From positions 3,839 to 67,838 of the IMG/VR virus record IMGVR_UViG_2767802057_000001: a stretch of 64,000 nt of DNA, one strand, 5' to 3'. Origin of the DNA: a virus (lineage: Duplodnaviria > Caudoviricetes). This document shows, one piece after another, positions 1 to 8,903 of this stretch; position 1 is the stretch's first letter; the number at the start of each line of letters is the position of its first letter. The position numbers and the translations under genes were made by a program. Below the pieces are notes generated by a model. It did not search any database, had not been told where the DNA came from, and saw nothing but the letters and a program-made list of their open reading frames with translations.

Positions 1-2
1 GC

Positions 3-392
3 AGGAATCGTGCGGGGCGGGTGGTAGGCGATCTCCTCGTACTCCTGCCGCCCGTACTCGTCGTGCCGGGTGTCGTAGACGGTCGTCTCCTGGCAGGCGC
101 GACAGCGGAACGCCCGGAAGCGGCGGATCTTCCTACCGCGCTCGGAGCGCCGTCGGGGCTCGACAGCGGGGAGCGCGAATCCGAACGTGAGCATCAGCGG
201 CCCAGGGTGGCCGCAGGTGGTGCAGCCGGTGTCGAGGTTGGAGCACAGACTGACGATGCCTTCCTCCCATAGCCGCCAGTCGATGTGCTGCCCGTCGTGT
301 TCTTCGGGTAGGGCGGGGATGACGGGCTGGGCGGCGAGCTGAGCTTCCAGCTCAGCGATGCGGGCTCGGAGTTGCGCCTCGGTGTCGGACAT
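3..392 (-). CDS. Zinc-ribbon hypothetical protein, runs off the window start (partial)
   Basis: Not in ORF track; ATG at 392 after GAAGGGG RBS; MSDTEAQLRARIAELEAQ...CTTCGH...CRACQE, open to position 1. Confidence 0.7.
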   Translation of the reverse strand, partial: MSDTEAQLRARIAELEAQLAAQPVIPALPEEHDGQHIDWRLWEEGIVSLCSNLDTGCTTCGHPGPLMLTFGFALPAVEPRRRSERGRKIRRFRAFRCRACQETTVYDTRHDEYGRQEYEEIAYHPPRTIP

Positions 393-495
393 AAGTCCCC
401 CTTCGGAGGGTGGTCAAGGGGCTCCCATCCTACCGTTTCTGACCGTCTATAAGTCAGGTTATGGGGGGTTAGAGTGCGCTCGCAGGAATGCGAAG

Positions 496-521
496 CGCCC
501 CACCGTCGAAGCGGTGGGGCG
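496..521. terminator. GC hairpin, probable end of late/lysis transcript
   Basis: CGCCCCACCG-tcgaag-CGGTGGGGCG perfect 10-bp stem downstream of 642..2354. Confidence 0.65.
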
Positions 522-641
522 TCATTCACGCGCCGTCGGTGTCGTCGGTCCAGTCGCGGTCCGGGTAACGCGGCTCGAGGAATGGGCGCGGTGACAACCA
601 GAATGGGTGGGGCTGTTCTTCGCTCACGGGCTCGGCCGGCA

Positions 642-2354
642 TCAGCTCACTCCGTACCACTGGGAAGCCCAGCCCGTATTGATCAGGGTCGTGGTCTGCT
701 GCGTGAGGTCAAGGCTCGCGGGCAGGCTCGTCTGGCCGGACAGCATGTTGCTGTAGCGCAGGTTCGGCGCGGTCAGGTTCGCGTTCACGGAGATGCCGGC
801 GCTCGAGCTCTTGAAGGTGAAGACGTTGGTGGACCAGCTGCCGTTGAGGAGCATGGCGATGTAGTAGGCGCCGGGCGGCGCGCTGAAAGACGCGGTCAGC
901 GGCAGCGCGATCGCCTTCGCATTCGAGGCGTTGACGAACGTCGCCGACAGGTCCGCGGTGCTGCCCCTGAGCGTCCCCGCCTGGTCGTACACGCCGAGGT
1001 AGCAGTTGGTGAGGGTGGCGCCCGTGTCGACGCCGGCCAGGCCGAGCCAGATGCTGGACCAGGTGATGGTCTTCCGCAGCAGGATCTTCGTGAGCGTGAT
1101 GCGGCCCGCGACGCCCGCCGCGGACTGGGCGGTGACGTGTCCCGCCTCGTTCGGGTCGTAGGTCCAGGCGAGCAGCCCCTGGTCGCTGGGGTAGTTGCCC
1201 GGGTAGTCGAGGTTGATGCCGGACGCGGACGGGCCGGGCCCGGAGACCTTGACGACTTCGAGGGTGCTTCCGGCCTTGAGGGTGACGGGGCTGGCGTTGG
1301 AGGTCTGCTGCGCCCACCGCAGCCGCAACTGGCCCGGCGTGGCGCCGGTGACGACGACGCCGTGGGGCAGGACCATCAGCCCGGCCAGCGTGGCGGATGA
1401 CGCCATCACACCCACGTCAGAGGTGCTGCCGAACTGCCTCGCCGCCATCTTGATCTGGGCGCTGCCATCCGGGACGGTCGTGCCCAGCGTGCCCGCCACC
1501 GGCGACCAGCCGCCGGACGCACCGGTCGGCGCGGTGAACGTGATCGTGGCGTCGGCAGTCTCGGGGCCGTCGTACAGCAGCATGGCCCGGAACCGGTAGA
1601 CGCTGTTCGCCTCGAGCGACGCGAACAGATGCTGATCGTCCGCGACCGTGGTAGTCGCCGTGCGGGACTCGTCCGCCGTCTTCACCTTGAGCTGGGTGAG
1701 CGCGGACAGCGCGGCGATCTGCGTATCCGTATAGGCGCGATCCCCATGCGGATCCGTGGCCGCGGCGTGCGTGGACACCTTGGACATCGCACCCGACTGG
1801 GTTTCGAGGACGGCCGTGTCTGCGATGCCGTGGACGCTCGTGGTGACCGCCGCGTGCGCCGCTACCTTCGCCACGGCACCTGCCGTGGTCTCCAGCAGCG
1901 CCGTGTCCGTGATGCCGTGAACGTCGGTCGTGTCAGCGTTGTGGGCGGCGACCGCAGCAGCAGCGGTACCAGCGGCATCCACGCCGGTCTCGATACCAGC
2001 GCTGGATTCCACCGGCGCCAGTGATGCGAGGGCAACGGTTCCAGCGGAGGCGGGCAGGCTGATGTTGTAGGCCCGGCCTGGCGCTCCCGTGAACTCCTCG
2101 TCCACTCGGTACGTCCAGCCGGACGGGGAGAACCCTTCAGCGTCGATGGCAAGGAGCGTCTCGGTGAACTCGCCGGACGCGCCAAGGGCCACGTTGACGG
2201 GGCCGAGCGCGATGACGCCGTGCTCGGCAGACACGACCCGGGACACCGACGGCGTGAACCGAAGCGTTCCCTGCCGGGGCTCGCCGTCGAGAGTGCGGTA
2301 GCCGGTGGCCCCAGCCGTGACCGTGACCGTCTGAACGCCAGGCGGGAAGGGCAT
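642..2354 (-). CDS. Tail fibre/spike-like structural protein
   Basis: N-terminal beta-rich adaptor typical of actinophage fibres (GTLRFTPS...WTYRVDEEF), ~30-aa tandem AAH..T..VHGI.DTA.LET repeats, two beta-rich C-terminal domains. Confidence 0.6.
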   Translation of the reverse strand: MPFPPGVQTVTVTAGATGYRTLDGEPRQGTLRFTPSVSRVVSAEHGVIALGPVNVALGASGEFTETLLAIDAEGFSPSGWTYRVDEEFTGAPGRAYNISLPASAGTVALASLAPVESSAGIETGVDAAGTAAAAVAAHNADTTDVHGITDTALLETTAGAVAKVAAHAAVTTSVHGIADTAVLETQSGAMSKVSTHAAATDPHGDRAYTDTQIAALSALTQLKVKTADESRTATTTVADDQHLFASLEANSVYRFRAMLLYDGPETADATITFTAPTGASGGWSPVAGTLGTTVPDGSAQIKMAARQFGSTSDVGVMASSATLAGLMVLPHGVVVTGATPGQLRLRWAQQTSNASPVTLKAGSTLEVVKVSGPGPSASGINLDYPGNYPSDQGLLAWTYDPNEAGHVTAQSAAGVAGRITLTKILLRKTITWSSIWLGLAGVDTGATLTNCYLGVYDQAGTLRGSTADLSATFVNASNAKAIALPLTASFSAPPGAYYIAMLLNGSWSTNVFTFKSSSAGISVNANLTAPNLRYSNMLSGQTSLPASLDLTQQTTTLINTGWASQWYGVS

Positions 2355-2363
2355 CTGCGTCTC

Positions 2364-3038
2364 CTATACGTACTGCCTGCGCTGCGGGTCGAGGGCGCCC
2401 GACGACAACACGCCATTGCCCTTGTTCGGGCTGGGGTCCGGCGCCCCGTCCCGGCGGCAGACCAGCGCGTCGGGGTCATATGAGGGAGCCTGCAAGCTGT
2501 AGCCATCCGGGCAGGTCTGGCCGTCCTTGCCGTCCCGCCCGTCTTTCCCGTCCTGCCCCGCGGGTCCGGCCGGCCCCTGAGGGCCTGCGGGTCCCGACGG
2601 TCCGCTGGGACCAGCCGGGCCGGGCGCTCCAGTGGCTCCGGGCGAGCCGACCGCGCCTGGCTGCCCGTTCCTGCCGTTCCTTCCCGGCTCCCCGGACGGC
2701 CCCGGTGAGCCCGTCGCGCCCGGCGGTCCCGGAGGTCCAGGGATTGGTACCGGCACCTCGGCGCGCGCTGGAAGGTCCTTTACGGCGTTCGTCGGATCGG
2801 GGGCCGCTGGCGTCTCCCCCTTCGCCTGTACCTGTGCTCGCAGTGCCCGAACGTCCCCGGCCAGCGTGGCGACGGCGTTGCCGCGAAGGTCTGCCTCGGT
2901 GGCGAGTTGGTCGGCGCGATTGGCTTCGGCCTGGACCCGCACATAGACGAGAAGCACGGCGCCGCCGAGGAAGAGGAGCGCGGCAGCGATCCACAGCAGG
3001 TGTCGGCTGCGGTACAGGGCGTGCTGGGCGCGCGTCAT
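2364..3038 (-). CDS. Membrane-anchored collagen-like protein (lysis cassette accessory)
   Basis: N-terminal TM helix, coiled coil, uninterrupted Gly-X-Y run ([16 protein letters not shown]...[10 protein letters not shown]), C-terminal Cys pair. Confidence 0.8.
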   Translation of the reverse strand: MTRAQHALYRSRHLLWIAAALLFLGGAVLLVYVRVQAEANRADQLATEADLRGNAVATLAGDVRALRAQVQAKGETPAAPDPTNAVKDLPARAEVPVPIPGPPGPPGATGSPGPSGEPGRNGRNGQPGAVGSPGATGAPGPAGPSGPSGPAGPQGPAGPAGQDGKDGRDGKDGQTCPDGYSLQAPSYDPDALVCRRDGAPDPSPNKGNGVLSSGALDPQRRQYV

Positions 3039-3301
3039 GCGTCACCCCCGAGCTGCTGTACCAGCAGTTTCAGGCGCGTGACTTCCGCCCGCTCCGTGGC
3101 CAGCTCCAGGCGTGCCTGAGCCAGCTCAGCGCGCAGCTCCTTACGCTCTTCCTGAAGCTGGTCAGTCAGCGAGTTGTATCCGGTCAATGCTGTGCCCTCC
3201 CGCTGCGCGCGGTTGGCGCCCCTGGTGCCGTACATGGCAGCCAGCCCGGCCACGGGTCCGCCGATGAGAGCAGCTATCGCCGTGACCATGGCGGCGTCCA
3301 T
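3035..3301 (-). CDS. Small membrane protein with coiled coil (lysis accessory)
   Basis: Hydrophobic N-terminus then heptad-rich [16 protein letters not shown]; 4-bp overlap with next gene. Confidence 0.7.
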   Translation of the reverse strand: MDAAMVTAIAALIGGPVAGLAAMYGTRGANRAQREGTALTGYNSLTDQLQEERKELRAELAQARLELATERAEVTRLKLLVQQLGGDA

Positions 3302-3335
3302 GAGGCGCCCTTCCGGTCGCGCATATCTGGCAGGG

Positions 3336-3701
3336 TCAGACGCTTCGCGGCGGCTCGGCCGCGGCCGGCGCGGACGGGCTGGCCGGGGTCACCTGGCCGC
3401 GGGTCAGCAGAGTGAGCCCGGCGAGGATCACGGTGTTGATGGCGCCGACGGTCTCCTGGCTGACGTCGTAGCCGAACGCAGCGACGAGGACGGCGCCGGC
3501 GGCGACGACCGCGGTGAACGCCTGCGGAGCGATGGGCCGAGTCATGGCGGCGGCGATGGCGCCGAGGATCGCGGACACGCAGGCAACGACCGCTCCCGAC
3601 TGCTCGGCCGTCAGGCTGGTGATGCCCAGAGAGACGACGAGGCCGAGGATCGCGGACAGCGTATTGAGGACGACGACCGGCTCTCTACCGAAGATCTTCA
3701 T
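3336..3701 (-). CDS. Holin-like multi-pass membrane protein
   Basis: MKIFGREPVVVL..., about four hydrophobic segments, directly after endolysin. Confidence 0.7.
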   Translation of the reverse strand: MKIFGREPVVVLNTLSAILGLVVSLGITSLTAEQSGAVVACVSAILGAIAAAMTRPIAPQAFTAVVAAGAVLVAAFGYDVSQETVGAINTVILAGLTLLTRGQVTPASPSAPAAAEPPRSV

Positions 3702-3703
3702 GG

Positions 3704-4576
3704 TCAGGCTCCCTGGGTTCCGGTGATGTCGACGTCGACCTTGACGACGGCTTCGGCGATCGCCGTCTGCACGGCGGCGACCACGGTTGCCGTGTCGACG
3801 TCCTTGCCGAGCTGCCCGGCGAGCGCCTTGATCGCGGCGGTCTGGGCGGTGAGCTGGGTGTTCAGGTTGTTCAGGATCGCCCAGGCGTCCTGCTTGCCCC
3901 TGCCCTTGTAGCCCCACGTGCCGAACTGCACGAGACTACGGATCTCCTTCAGTTCCTGCGCCTGCTCGGGGGTCATGTCGTCCTCCACGTTGCTCGGGAA
4001 CGCCGGCCAGCTGCCGGGGTCTTGGTGGTCGTTTTCGGGGACGTGGGCGTGCGCGTACCAGCCGGCGGCCTTCTCCCAGATGGCCTCGCTGCGGTGCGCC
4101 GTGAAGTCGAAGGGGCGGCCCATCGGCCAGACGTCGGGTACGCCCCAGCTCTTGACCCAGGCGTGCAGTTCGTCCCAGCCCTTGCAGGGGGTGTCGGCGA
4201 GCTTCGGCCAGACCTTGCCGTCCGGGGTGCGGCAGTACGGGAAGAACAGGGCCTCGATCTGGATAACGACGGAGCCTGCCCGGTTCGTCCTAGTTCCGCC
4301 GGACGCGTCGACGAGGGACTTGGAGCGGGAGTTGGCGGGCACGAACTGCGCGATGCGGCCGGTCCACGGGTCCCACAGGAGGTGCGGGGCGACTGCCTTG
4401 CCGCTGCCAGAGAAGTAGCTGCGCAGGCTCGCGAAGCTGACCAGGTCGGCAGGCTTGGCCGCGGTCGCGTTCCGGTCCCACGTGATGTGCGCGATCGCCT
4501 TCGCTGGACCGCCGTCGGTCGGCGCGTGGTCCCCGATGTCGAGGCGCTCGGCGCCCGGCATCCACAGGTCGGGCAT
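3704..4576 (-). CDS. Endolysin, N-acetylmuramoyl-L-alanine amidase type
   Basis: MPDLWMPGA...AIAHITWD...PHLLWDP...IQIEA...AHAHVPENDHQDPG: amidase_2-like Zn ligands; precedes holin. Confidence 0.85.
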   Translation of the reverse strand: MPDLWMPGAERLDIGDHAPTDGGPAKAIAHITWDRNATAAKPADLVSFASLRSYFSGSGKAVAPHLLWDPWTGRIAQFVPANSRSKSLVDASGGTRTNRAGSVVIQIEALFFPYCRTPDGKVWPKLADTPCKGWDELHAWVKSWGVPDVWPMGRPFDFTAHRSEAIWEKAAGWYAHAHVPENDHQDPGSWPAFPSNVEDDMTPEQAQELKEIRSLVQFGTWGYKGRGKQDAWAILNNLNTQLTAQTAAIKALAGQLGKDVDTATVVAAVQTAIAEAVVKVDVDITGTQGA

Positions 4577-4578
4577 GA

Positions 4579-5415
4579 TCAGACTCCTGTCACCTGGTTG
4601 TCGAGCGCCCACGCCTGCATCAGCCCGTCGATCTGTCGGGCGAGAACAGCCGCCTGAACCAGTCGAGGATCCGCAGAAGGAGTGGGCGACGGAGGAGGGG
4701 TGGGCGCCGGTGCGGTGGCCCAGGCGGGGACGGTGACGTCGCCCTGCTGAGAGAGGAGCCACTGGACGTCGGCCTGCGTGAGCCAGGCGGAGCCGCGGAT
4801 GCCCCAGCTGTCGCCCCAGCTGTTGTCGAGGCGGAAGGCGAGCCGCTCGGCGTCGTATGCGCTGATGACGTACTCGTGGCCGCCGGCTACTTCGCTGCTG
4901 CGGTCGACGACGACGTGCCCGGTCGCGGCGTCGACGTCGAACATCGAGTTGAGCCAGACGGTGCCGACCATGACGGGCCCGGACTGCAGGGCCGACTTGA
5001 GGGCGTTGAGGCTGAACGCGTGTGTGTAGCCGGCGGCGAGCCCGAGCTGCTTCAGTGCCTTGGCGGCTCCGAGGCCGGATGAGCCGGTGTCGTCGGGCGG
5101 GTAGGTGCCCTGGATGTTGTCGAGTTGGGTGGCGAGTTCGTACACCTTCACGGCGAGGTTCTCGTCGACGGGCAGGACGCTGCCGTCGATGGACACCGAG
5201 GTGAGGCCGGTGCGGGCCGCGCTGTCGGTGGCGAGCAGGCCTGCGGCTGCGTTGCCGGTGCAGCTGCCGAGGTTGCCCTGGTCGTAGATCGGTGCGCGGC
5301 GGGTCCAGTCGACGGACTTGATGGCCGTCTTGGGGAGGACGCCGTGGGCGTAGGCGAGGGATCGCGGGTCGTGTTCGACGTGCCGGCCGAGGCCTCTGCC
5401 GTGGTGTGTGGCCAT
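4579..5415 (-). CDS. Papain-family (C1) cysteine peptidase
   Basis: [12 protein letters not shown] (Gln/Cys), GGHEY (His), [10 protein letters not shown] (Asn) in the correct order. Confidence 0.9.
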   Translation of the reverse strand: MATHHGRGLGRHVEHDPRSLAYAHGVLPKTAIKSVDWTRRAPIYDQGNLGSCTGNAAAGLLATDSAARTGLTSVSIDGSVLPVDENLAVKVYELATQLDNIQGTYPPDDTGSSGLGAAKALKQLGLAAGYTHAFSLNALKSALQSGPVMVGTVWLNSMFDVDAATGHVVVDRSSEVAGGHEYVISAYDAERLAFRLDNSWGDSWGIRGSAWLTQADVQWLLSQQGDVTVPAWATAPAPTPPPSPTPSADPRLVQAAVLARQIDGLMQAWALDNQVTGV

Positions 5416-5439
5416 GTGGTTCCCCTCAGGATCACTTCT

Positions 5440-5488
5440 CCTTCGAATCGTAGCCTGAACCACGCCAGTAACCTACGAATCACAGGTA
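5440..5488 (-). promoter_or_regulatory. Putative late promoter and regulator site for the lysis cassette
   Basis: CCTTCGAATCGTAG (5440-5453) identical to 31680-31693; minus strand reads TAGGTT-17bp-TACGAT; 5468-5488 matches 29447-29467 at 18/21. Confidence 0.65.
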
Positions 5489-5520
5489 CGCTGTAGTCAG
5501 GTTCTTGCTCAGGGACCGGT

Positions 5521-5555
5521 GGCAGGGGCGTGTCCGTGCGGGTCGCGCCCCTGCC
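5521..5555. other. Hairpin in leader of plus-strand operon
   Basis: GGCAGGGGCG / CGCCCCTGCC perfect 10-bp stem, followed by three CCCGCAC copies (5561, 5571, 5584) and AGGAG RBS. Confidence 0.5.
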
Positions 5556-5603
5556 TCAAACCCGCACCCACCCGCACACGCAACCCGCACAGGAGTTCCG
5601 CTC

Positions 5604-5711
5604 ATGAAGGTCATCTGCGCGGCTCTTTCAGCCGTGTTCGCGTTCGTCGTTCTCGCGCAGCCCGTCGAGGCGCGCATCGACTACAGCCCGGCCGCCTGGA
5701 GCAGCCGATGA
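5604..5711 (+). CDS. Small hydrophobic peptide
   Basis: AGGAG RBS; MKVICAALSAVFAFVVLAQP signal-peptide-like; ATGA overlap with next gene. Confidence 0.5.
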   Translation: MKVICAALSAVFAFVVLAQPVEARIDYSPAAWSSR

Positions 5712-6112
5712 ACGCCCCCTGCCAGCGGCCCGAATGCGGCGGCCAGGTGCACATCGACGGGTGGGGCAATCCGATCCGGTGCCCGCGCGCGCCGCAGAGC
5801 GCCCGGCCTCCCAAGCAGTGCCCGCACTGCGATCAGGGCGTGACAGTGCCAGCCGATCAACTGGACATCCACATCGCCGAGGCACACGCCGAACTGCCGC
5901 CCTGCAGCGCCTCCATCAGTAATGCGGCCACGGACAACTTCACCGTCCGGTGCGCCTTCCGCACTGGGCACCGCGACGACTACGGCGACCACCACGCCAG
6001 CCGGTACGACGAGCGCATCGGCCGCTACCGCTGGAGCGACGCCGCAATGGGCGCCGTTCCGCACCAGCCAGCACCGGACACCATCCGCGCCCTCGACCGG
6101 GAGACGCCGTGA
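5708..6112 (+). CDS. Cys/His-rich (zinc-finger-like) hypothetical protein
   Basis: CQRPEC, CPHC..HIAEAH, C..C.FRTGH motifs; coupled overlaps on both sides. Confidence 0.65.
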   Translation: MNAPCQRPECGGQVHIDGWGNPIRCPRAPQSARPPKQCPHCDQGVTVPADQLDIHIAEAHAELPPCSASISNAATDNFTVRCAFRTGHRDDYGDHHASRYDERIGRYRWSDAAMGAVPHQPAPDTIRALDRETP

Positions 6113-6417
6113 CCGAGCCGACCCACCTCACCCGCGAGCAGCTTGACCCGCTCGTCGCCGCCATCTACCGGCGGCAAGCGGCAGCAGACGCAGGGGCCAG
6201 CCTGACCCTTCCACCGCTCCCCCCGTGCCCAGCCTGCAAGCAGACACCGACACAGCTACTTACGCGCGACGACCAGCCCATCACCGACCGGACGCTCATC
6301 ATGTTCAAGCCCTGCGGCCACCTATTCGCCGCCAACAACGAGGACGTCTACGAGGCCGCCCTCTCCCCGCGCCTCCATGCCGAGTGCCCGTTGCCCGACA
6401 TCGACCACAGGAGCTGA
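6109..6417 (+). CDS. Zinc-ribbon hypothetical protein
   Basis: GTGA overlap; CPAC...PCGH motif. Confidence 0.6.
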   Translation: MTEPTHLTREQLDPLVAAIYRRQAAADAGASLTLPPLPPCPACKQTPTQLLTRDDQPITDRTLIMFKPCGHLFAANNEDVYEAALSPRLHAECPLPDIDHRS

Positions 6418-6420
6418 GCG

Positions 6421-6570
6421 ATGAACACCGCCGTCACCATCACGCTGATCATCGCCGTGTTCCTCCTCAGCAGCCTCCTCATCACCGCCGTCCGCGACGT
6501 CGCCCAGGCCAAGCACAACCCCACACGCTGCCCCAACTGCGGCCACACCAGCAAGGAGAAGCACGAATGA
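6421..6570 (+). CDS. Small membrane protein with CxxC
   Basis: AGGAG RBS; TM helix then CPNCGH; ATGA overlap with epimerase. Confidence 0.6.
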   Translation: MNTAVTITLIIAVFLLSSLLITAVRDVAQAKHNPTRCPNCGHTSKEKHE

Positions 6571-7520
6571 AGACCCTCGTGACCGGCGGCGCCGGCTTCA
6601 TCGGCAGCTGGATCCGCCGCGAACTCCTCGCGCGCGGCCACCAGGTGCTCGTCCTCGACCACCAGGACCGTCGCCAGCAGCTCGCCGACGGCGAGGAGTT
6701 CTTCCTCGGCGACGTCCGCGACCACGTCGCCGTGACCGAGGCCGCCGCGCACGTCGACGGGATCATCCACCTCGCCGCCGTCCTCGGCACGCAGGAGACC
6801 ATCCACAACCCGCGGCCCAGCGCGGAGACCAACATCCTCGGCAGCCTGAACGTCTTCGAGGCCGCCGCCCAGTACAACCTCCCCACCGTCTACGCCGGAG
6901 TCGGCAACCACGCCATGCGGCTGATCGGCACCGGCTGCTACACCATCACCAAGAGCGCTGCTGAAGACCTCGCGCGTATGTACAACCTGTACCGGGACGG
7001 GGGCCGGATCACGATCGTCCGCCCCGTCAACGCCTATGGGCCCGGGCAGAGCGTCGCCGCCCCTTACGGCACCAGCAAGGTCAGGAAAATCGCGCCATCG
7101 TTCATTTGCCGCGCGCTGACCGGCGCGGACATCGAGGTGTACGGGGACGGCACCCAGATCAGCGACTGCGTTTACGTCGAGGACGTCGCCCACGCGTTCG
7201 TCACCGCGCTCGAGCACACCACCGTCAACGAGCCGACCGCGCGGCCGGTCGAGGTCGGGCCCCTCGTCTCCCGGACCGTGAACGACGTCGCCCGGCTCGT
7301 CGCCGAGCAGGCCGCCATCATCACCGGCCGCGAGCCCGTCGGCATCAAGCACCTGCCCATGCGCCCCGGCGAGGTCCCCAACGCGGTGGTCTCCTCGGAC
7401 ACGCAGACGCTGCAGCAGATCGGCATCACCGCCGCCGACTTCGTCAGCTTGGAGGACGGCATCCGGCGGACCGTCGACTACTACGCCAACCACTGGCTGC
7501 CCAGCTACCTGGCCGCCTGA
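6567..7520 (+). CDS. NAD-dependent NDP-sugar epimerase/dehydratase (extended SDR)
   Basis: VTGGAGFIGS Rossmann motif, IIHLAA, YTITK (YxxxK), RPVNAYGPG, VYGDGTQISDCVYVEDVA. Confidence 0.92.
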   Translation: MKTLVTGGAGFIGSWIRRELLARGHQVLVLDHQDRRQQLADGEEFFLGDVRDHVAVTEAAAHVDGIIHLAAVLGTQETIHNPRPSAETNILGSLNVFEAAAQYNLPTVYAGVGNHAMRLIGTGCYTITKSAAEDLARMYNLYRDGGRITIVRPVNAYGPGQSVAAPYGTSKVRKIAPSFICRALTGADIEVYGDGTQISDCVYVEDVAHAFVTALEHTTVNEPTARPVEVGPLVSRTVNDVARLVAEQAAIITGREPVGIKHLPMRPGEVPNAVVSSDTQTLQQIGITAADFVSLEDGIRRTVDYYANHWLPSYLAA

Positions 7521-7537
7521 GACTCAAGGAGGCGGCC

Positions 7538-7885
7538 GTGGCCCGCTTGCAGATCCTCCAACTCCCCGAAGGGGCCGGCGACGACCGGCCGCCGTTCATC
7601 CTCGTCATCGACCAGGTCCCCACCGACGAGACGGAGTTCGACGCCCTCCGCCGCGACCTCGGAACCGCGGAAGACCTCGTCGACCGTATCGGCGCCCGCG
7701 CGGTCCTCGTCTTCGAAGACACCATCGACATCCCCGCCAACGACCTCTCCGCCTACAGCAGCGACGGTGAGACCGCCGTCGGCACGGTCCGTCTCCAGGT
7801 CGAAGGAGACTTCGAGCGGTTCCGTGAGCAGGTCCAGGACGAGGTCCGGAAGGCTCAGGCTCAGTTGCGGAACGGTGTGGCCTGA
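7538..7885 (+). CDS. Hypothetical protein
   Basis: AAGGAGG RBS before GTG; phage-like codon use; acidic. Confidence 0.7.
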   Translation: MARLQILQLPEGAGDDRPPFILVIDQVPTDETEFDALRRDLGTAEDLVDRIGARAVLVFEDTIDIPANDLSAYSSDGETAVGTVRLQVEGDFERFREQVQDEVRKAQAQLRNGVA

Positions 7886-7886
7886 C

Positions 7887-8903
7887 GTGCGCGTCCACTT
7901 CTGGTCGGCCGACTCGGCAGGTTCCTCGTTCTATCGGGCGTACCTGCCGGGGATGAGCCTGCAGTGGCTCGGCCATACCGTCTCCGTCGGCATGCGGCTC
8001 CCGCAGGACTGGCCGGCCGCAGACGTCGTCGTCGGCTGCCGGGTCGCGCAGCGTGACCCGTCGCTGATGTGGCGGAAGCTGAAAGACGAGGGGAAGCGGC
8101 TCGTCCTAGACCTGGATGACGACTACTTCCACATCGACCCCAGCAACGCGCACGCCCGCCAGGTCTGGGACACGGAGATGCTGGGCCGTCTCGTCCACAA
8201 CATGCAGGTCGCGGACCTGGTCACCTGCTGCTCCGAGCCGCTCGCCGCCGTGCTCCGCGACTACGCCGAGGACGTGCGGGTCATCCCGAACGGTCTGCCC
8301 GCCCAGTACCTGGGCCAGCCTCGGGACTACACGGCAGCTGACCGGCCGCTGTTCGTCGGCTGGGCCGGCACGTCGTCCACGGTCGCCGAGCTCCCCGAGG
8401 CGGTGCGCGCCCTGAACCGGATCTCGCAGTACCCGCGCCCGGGCGGTGGGGTGCAGGTGCGGATCGTCGGGATCAGCCCCGAGCACGCCATGAGCCTGGG
8501 GTTGCGGGGCCGGCGGATCGGTGCGCTGGGCTGGGTGGAGCGGATGGAGCACTACCTGCACGCGGTCGCCGAGTGGGACGTGTGGTGCGCTCCGTACCGG
8601 GACACGCAGTTCAACAGGTCGAAGTACCCGACGAAGTTCCTCGAGGCGTCGATCCTGGGGATCCCGTTGATCGCGTCGGACATCGAGCCGTACCGGCGGG
8701 TGATCCGGCATGGGGAGAACGGGTTTCTGGTCCGCTACGAGCACGAGTGGGGCAAGCACCTCAAGCAGTTGGCGGACGATCCGGGGCTGCGGCAGCGGAT
8801 CGGGATGGCCGCGCGCGCGGAGGCATCGGGGTCGATCCTTCAGGCCATCAACGTCCAGTGGGACGCTGTCCTCACCCCGGCGAGTGAGAGGACAGCGGCA
8901 TGA
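7887..8903 (+). CDS. GT-B fold glycosyltransferase (GT4-like)
   Basis: VLDLDDDYF, VIPNGL, VGWAGT, APYRDTQFNRSKYPTKFLEASILGIPLIASD, HGENGFLV donor-binding signature. Confidence 0.88.
   Translation: MRVHFWSADSAGSSFYRAYLPGMSLQWLGHTVSVGMRLPQDWPAADVVVGCRVAQRDPSLMWRKLKDEGKRLVLDLDDDYFHIDPSNAHARQVWDTEMLGRLVHNMQVADLVTCCSEPLAAVLRDYAEDVRVIPNGLPAQYLGQPRDYTAADRPLFVGWAGTSSTVAELPEAVRALNRISQYPRPGGGVQVRIVGISPEHAMSLGLRGRRIGALGWVERMEHYLHAVAEWDVWCAPYRDTQFNRSKYPTKFLEASILGIPLIASDIEPYRRVIRHGENGFLVRYEHEWGKHLKQLADDPGLRQRIGMAARAEASGSILQAINVQWDAVLTPASERTAA

Noticed and set aside
393-640. att site or phage end
   Set aside because: No tRNA fragment or matching direct repeat found, and phage-like genes continue past position 1
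1740-1970. Diversity-generating retroelement template/variable repeat in fibre gene
   Set aside because: Repeats are adjacent in-frame protein repeats with synonymous divergence, not adenine-specific, and no reverse transcriptase is present
5440-5453. TTCGAATC resembles a tRNA T-loop (also at 29451 and 31680)
   Set aside because: No preceding GG/GT, no T-stem, acceptor stem or cloverleaf; better explained as a promoter motif on the minus strand
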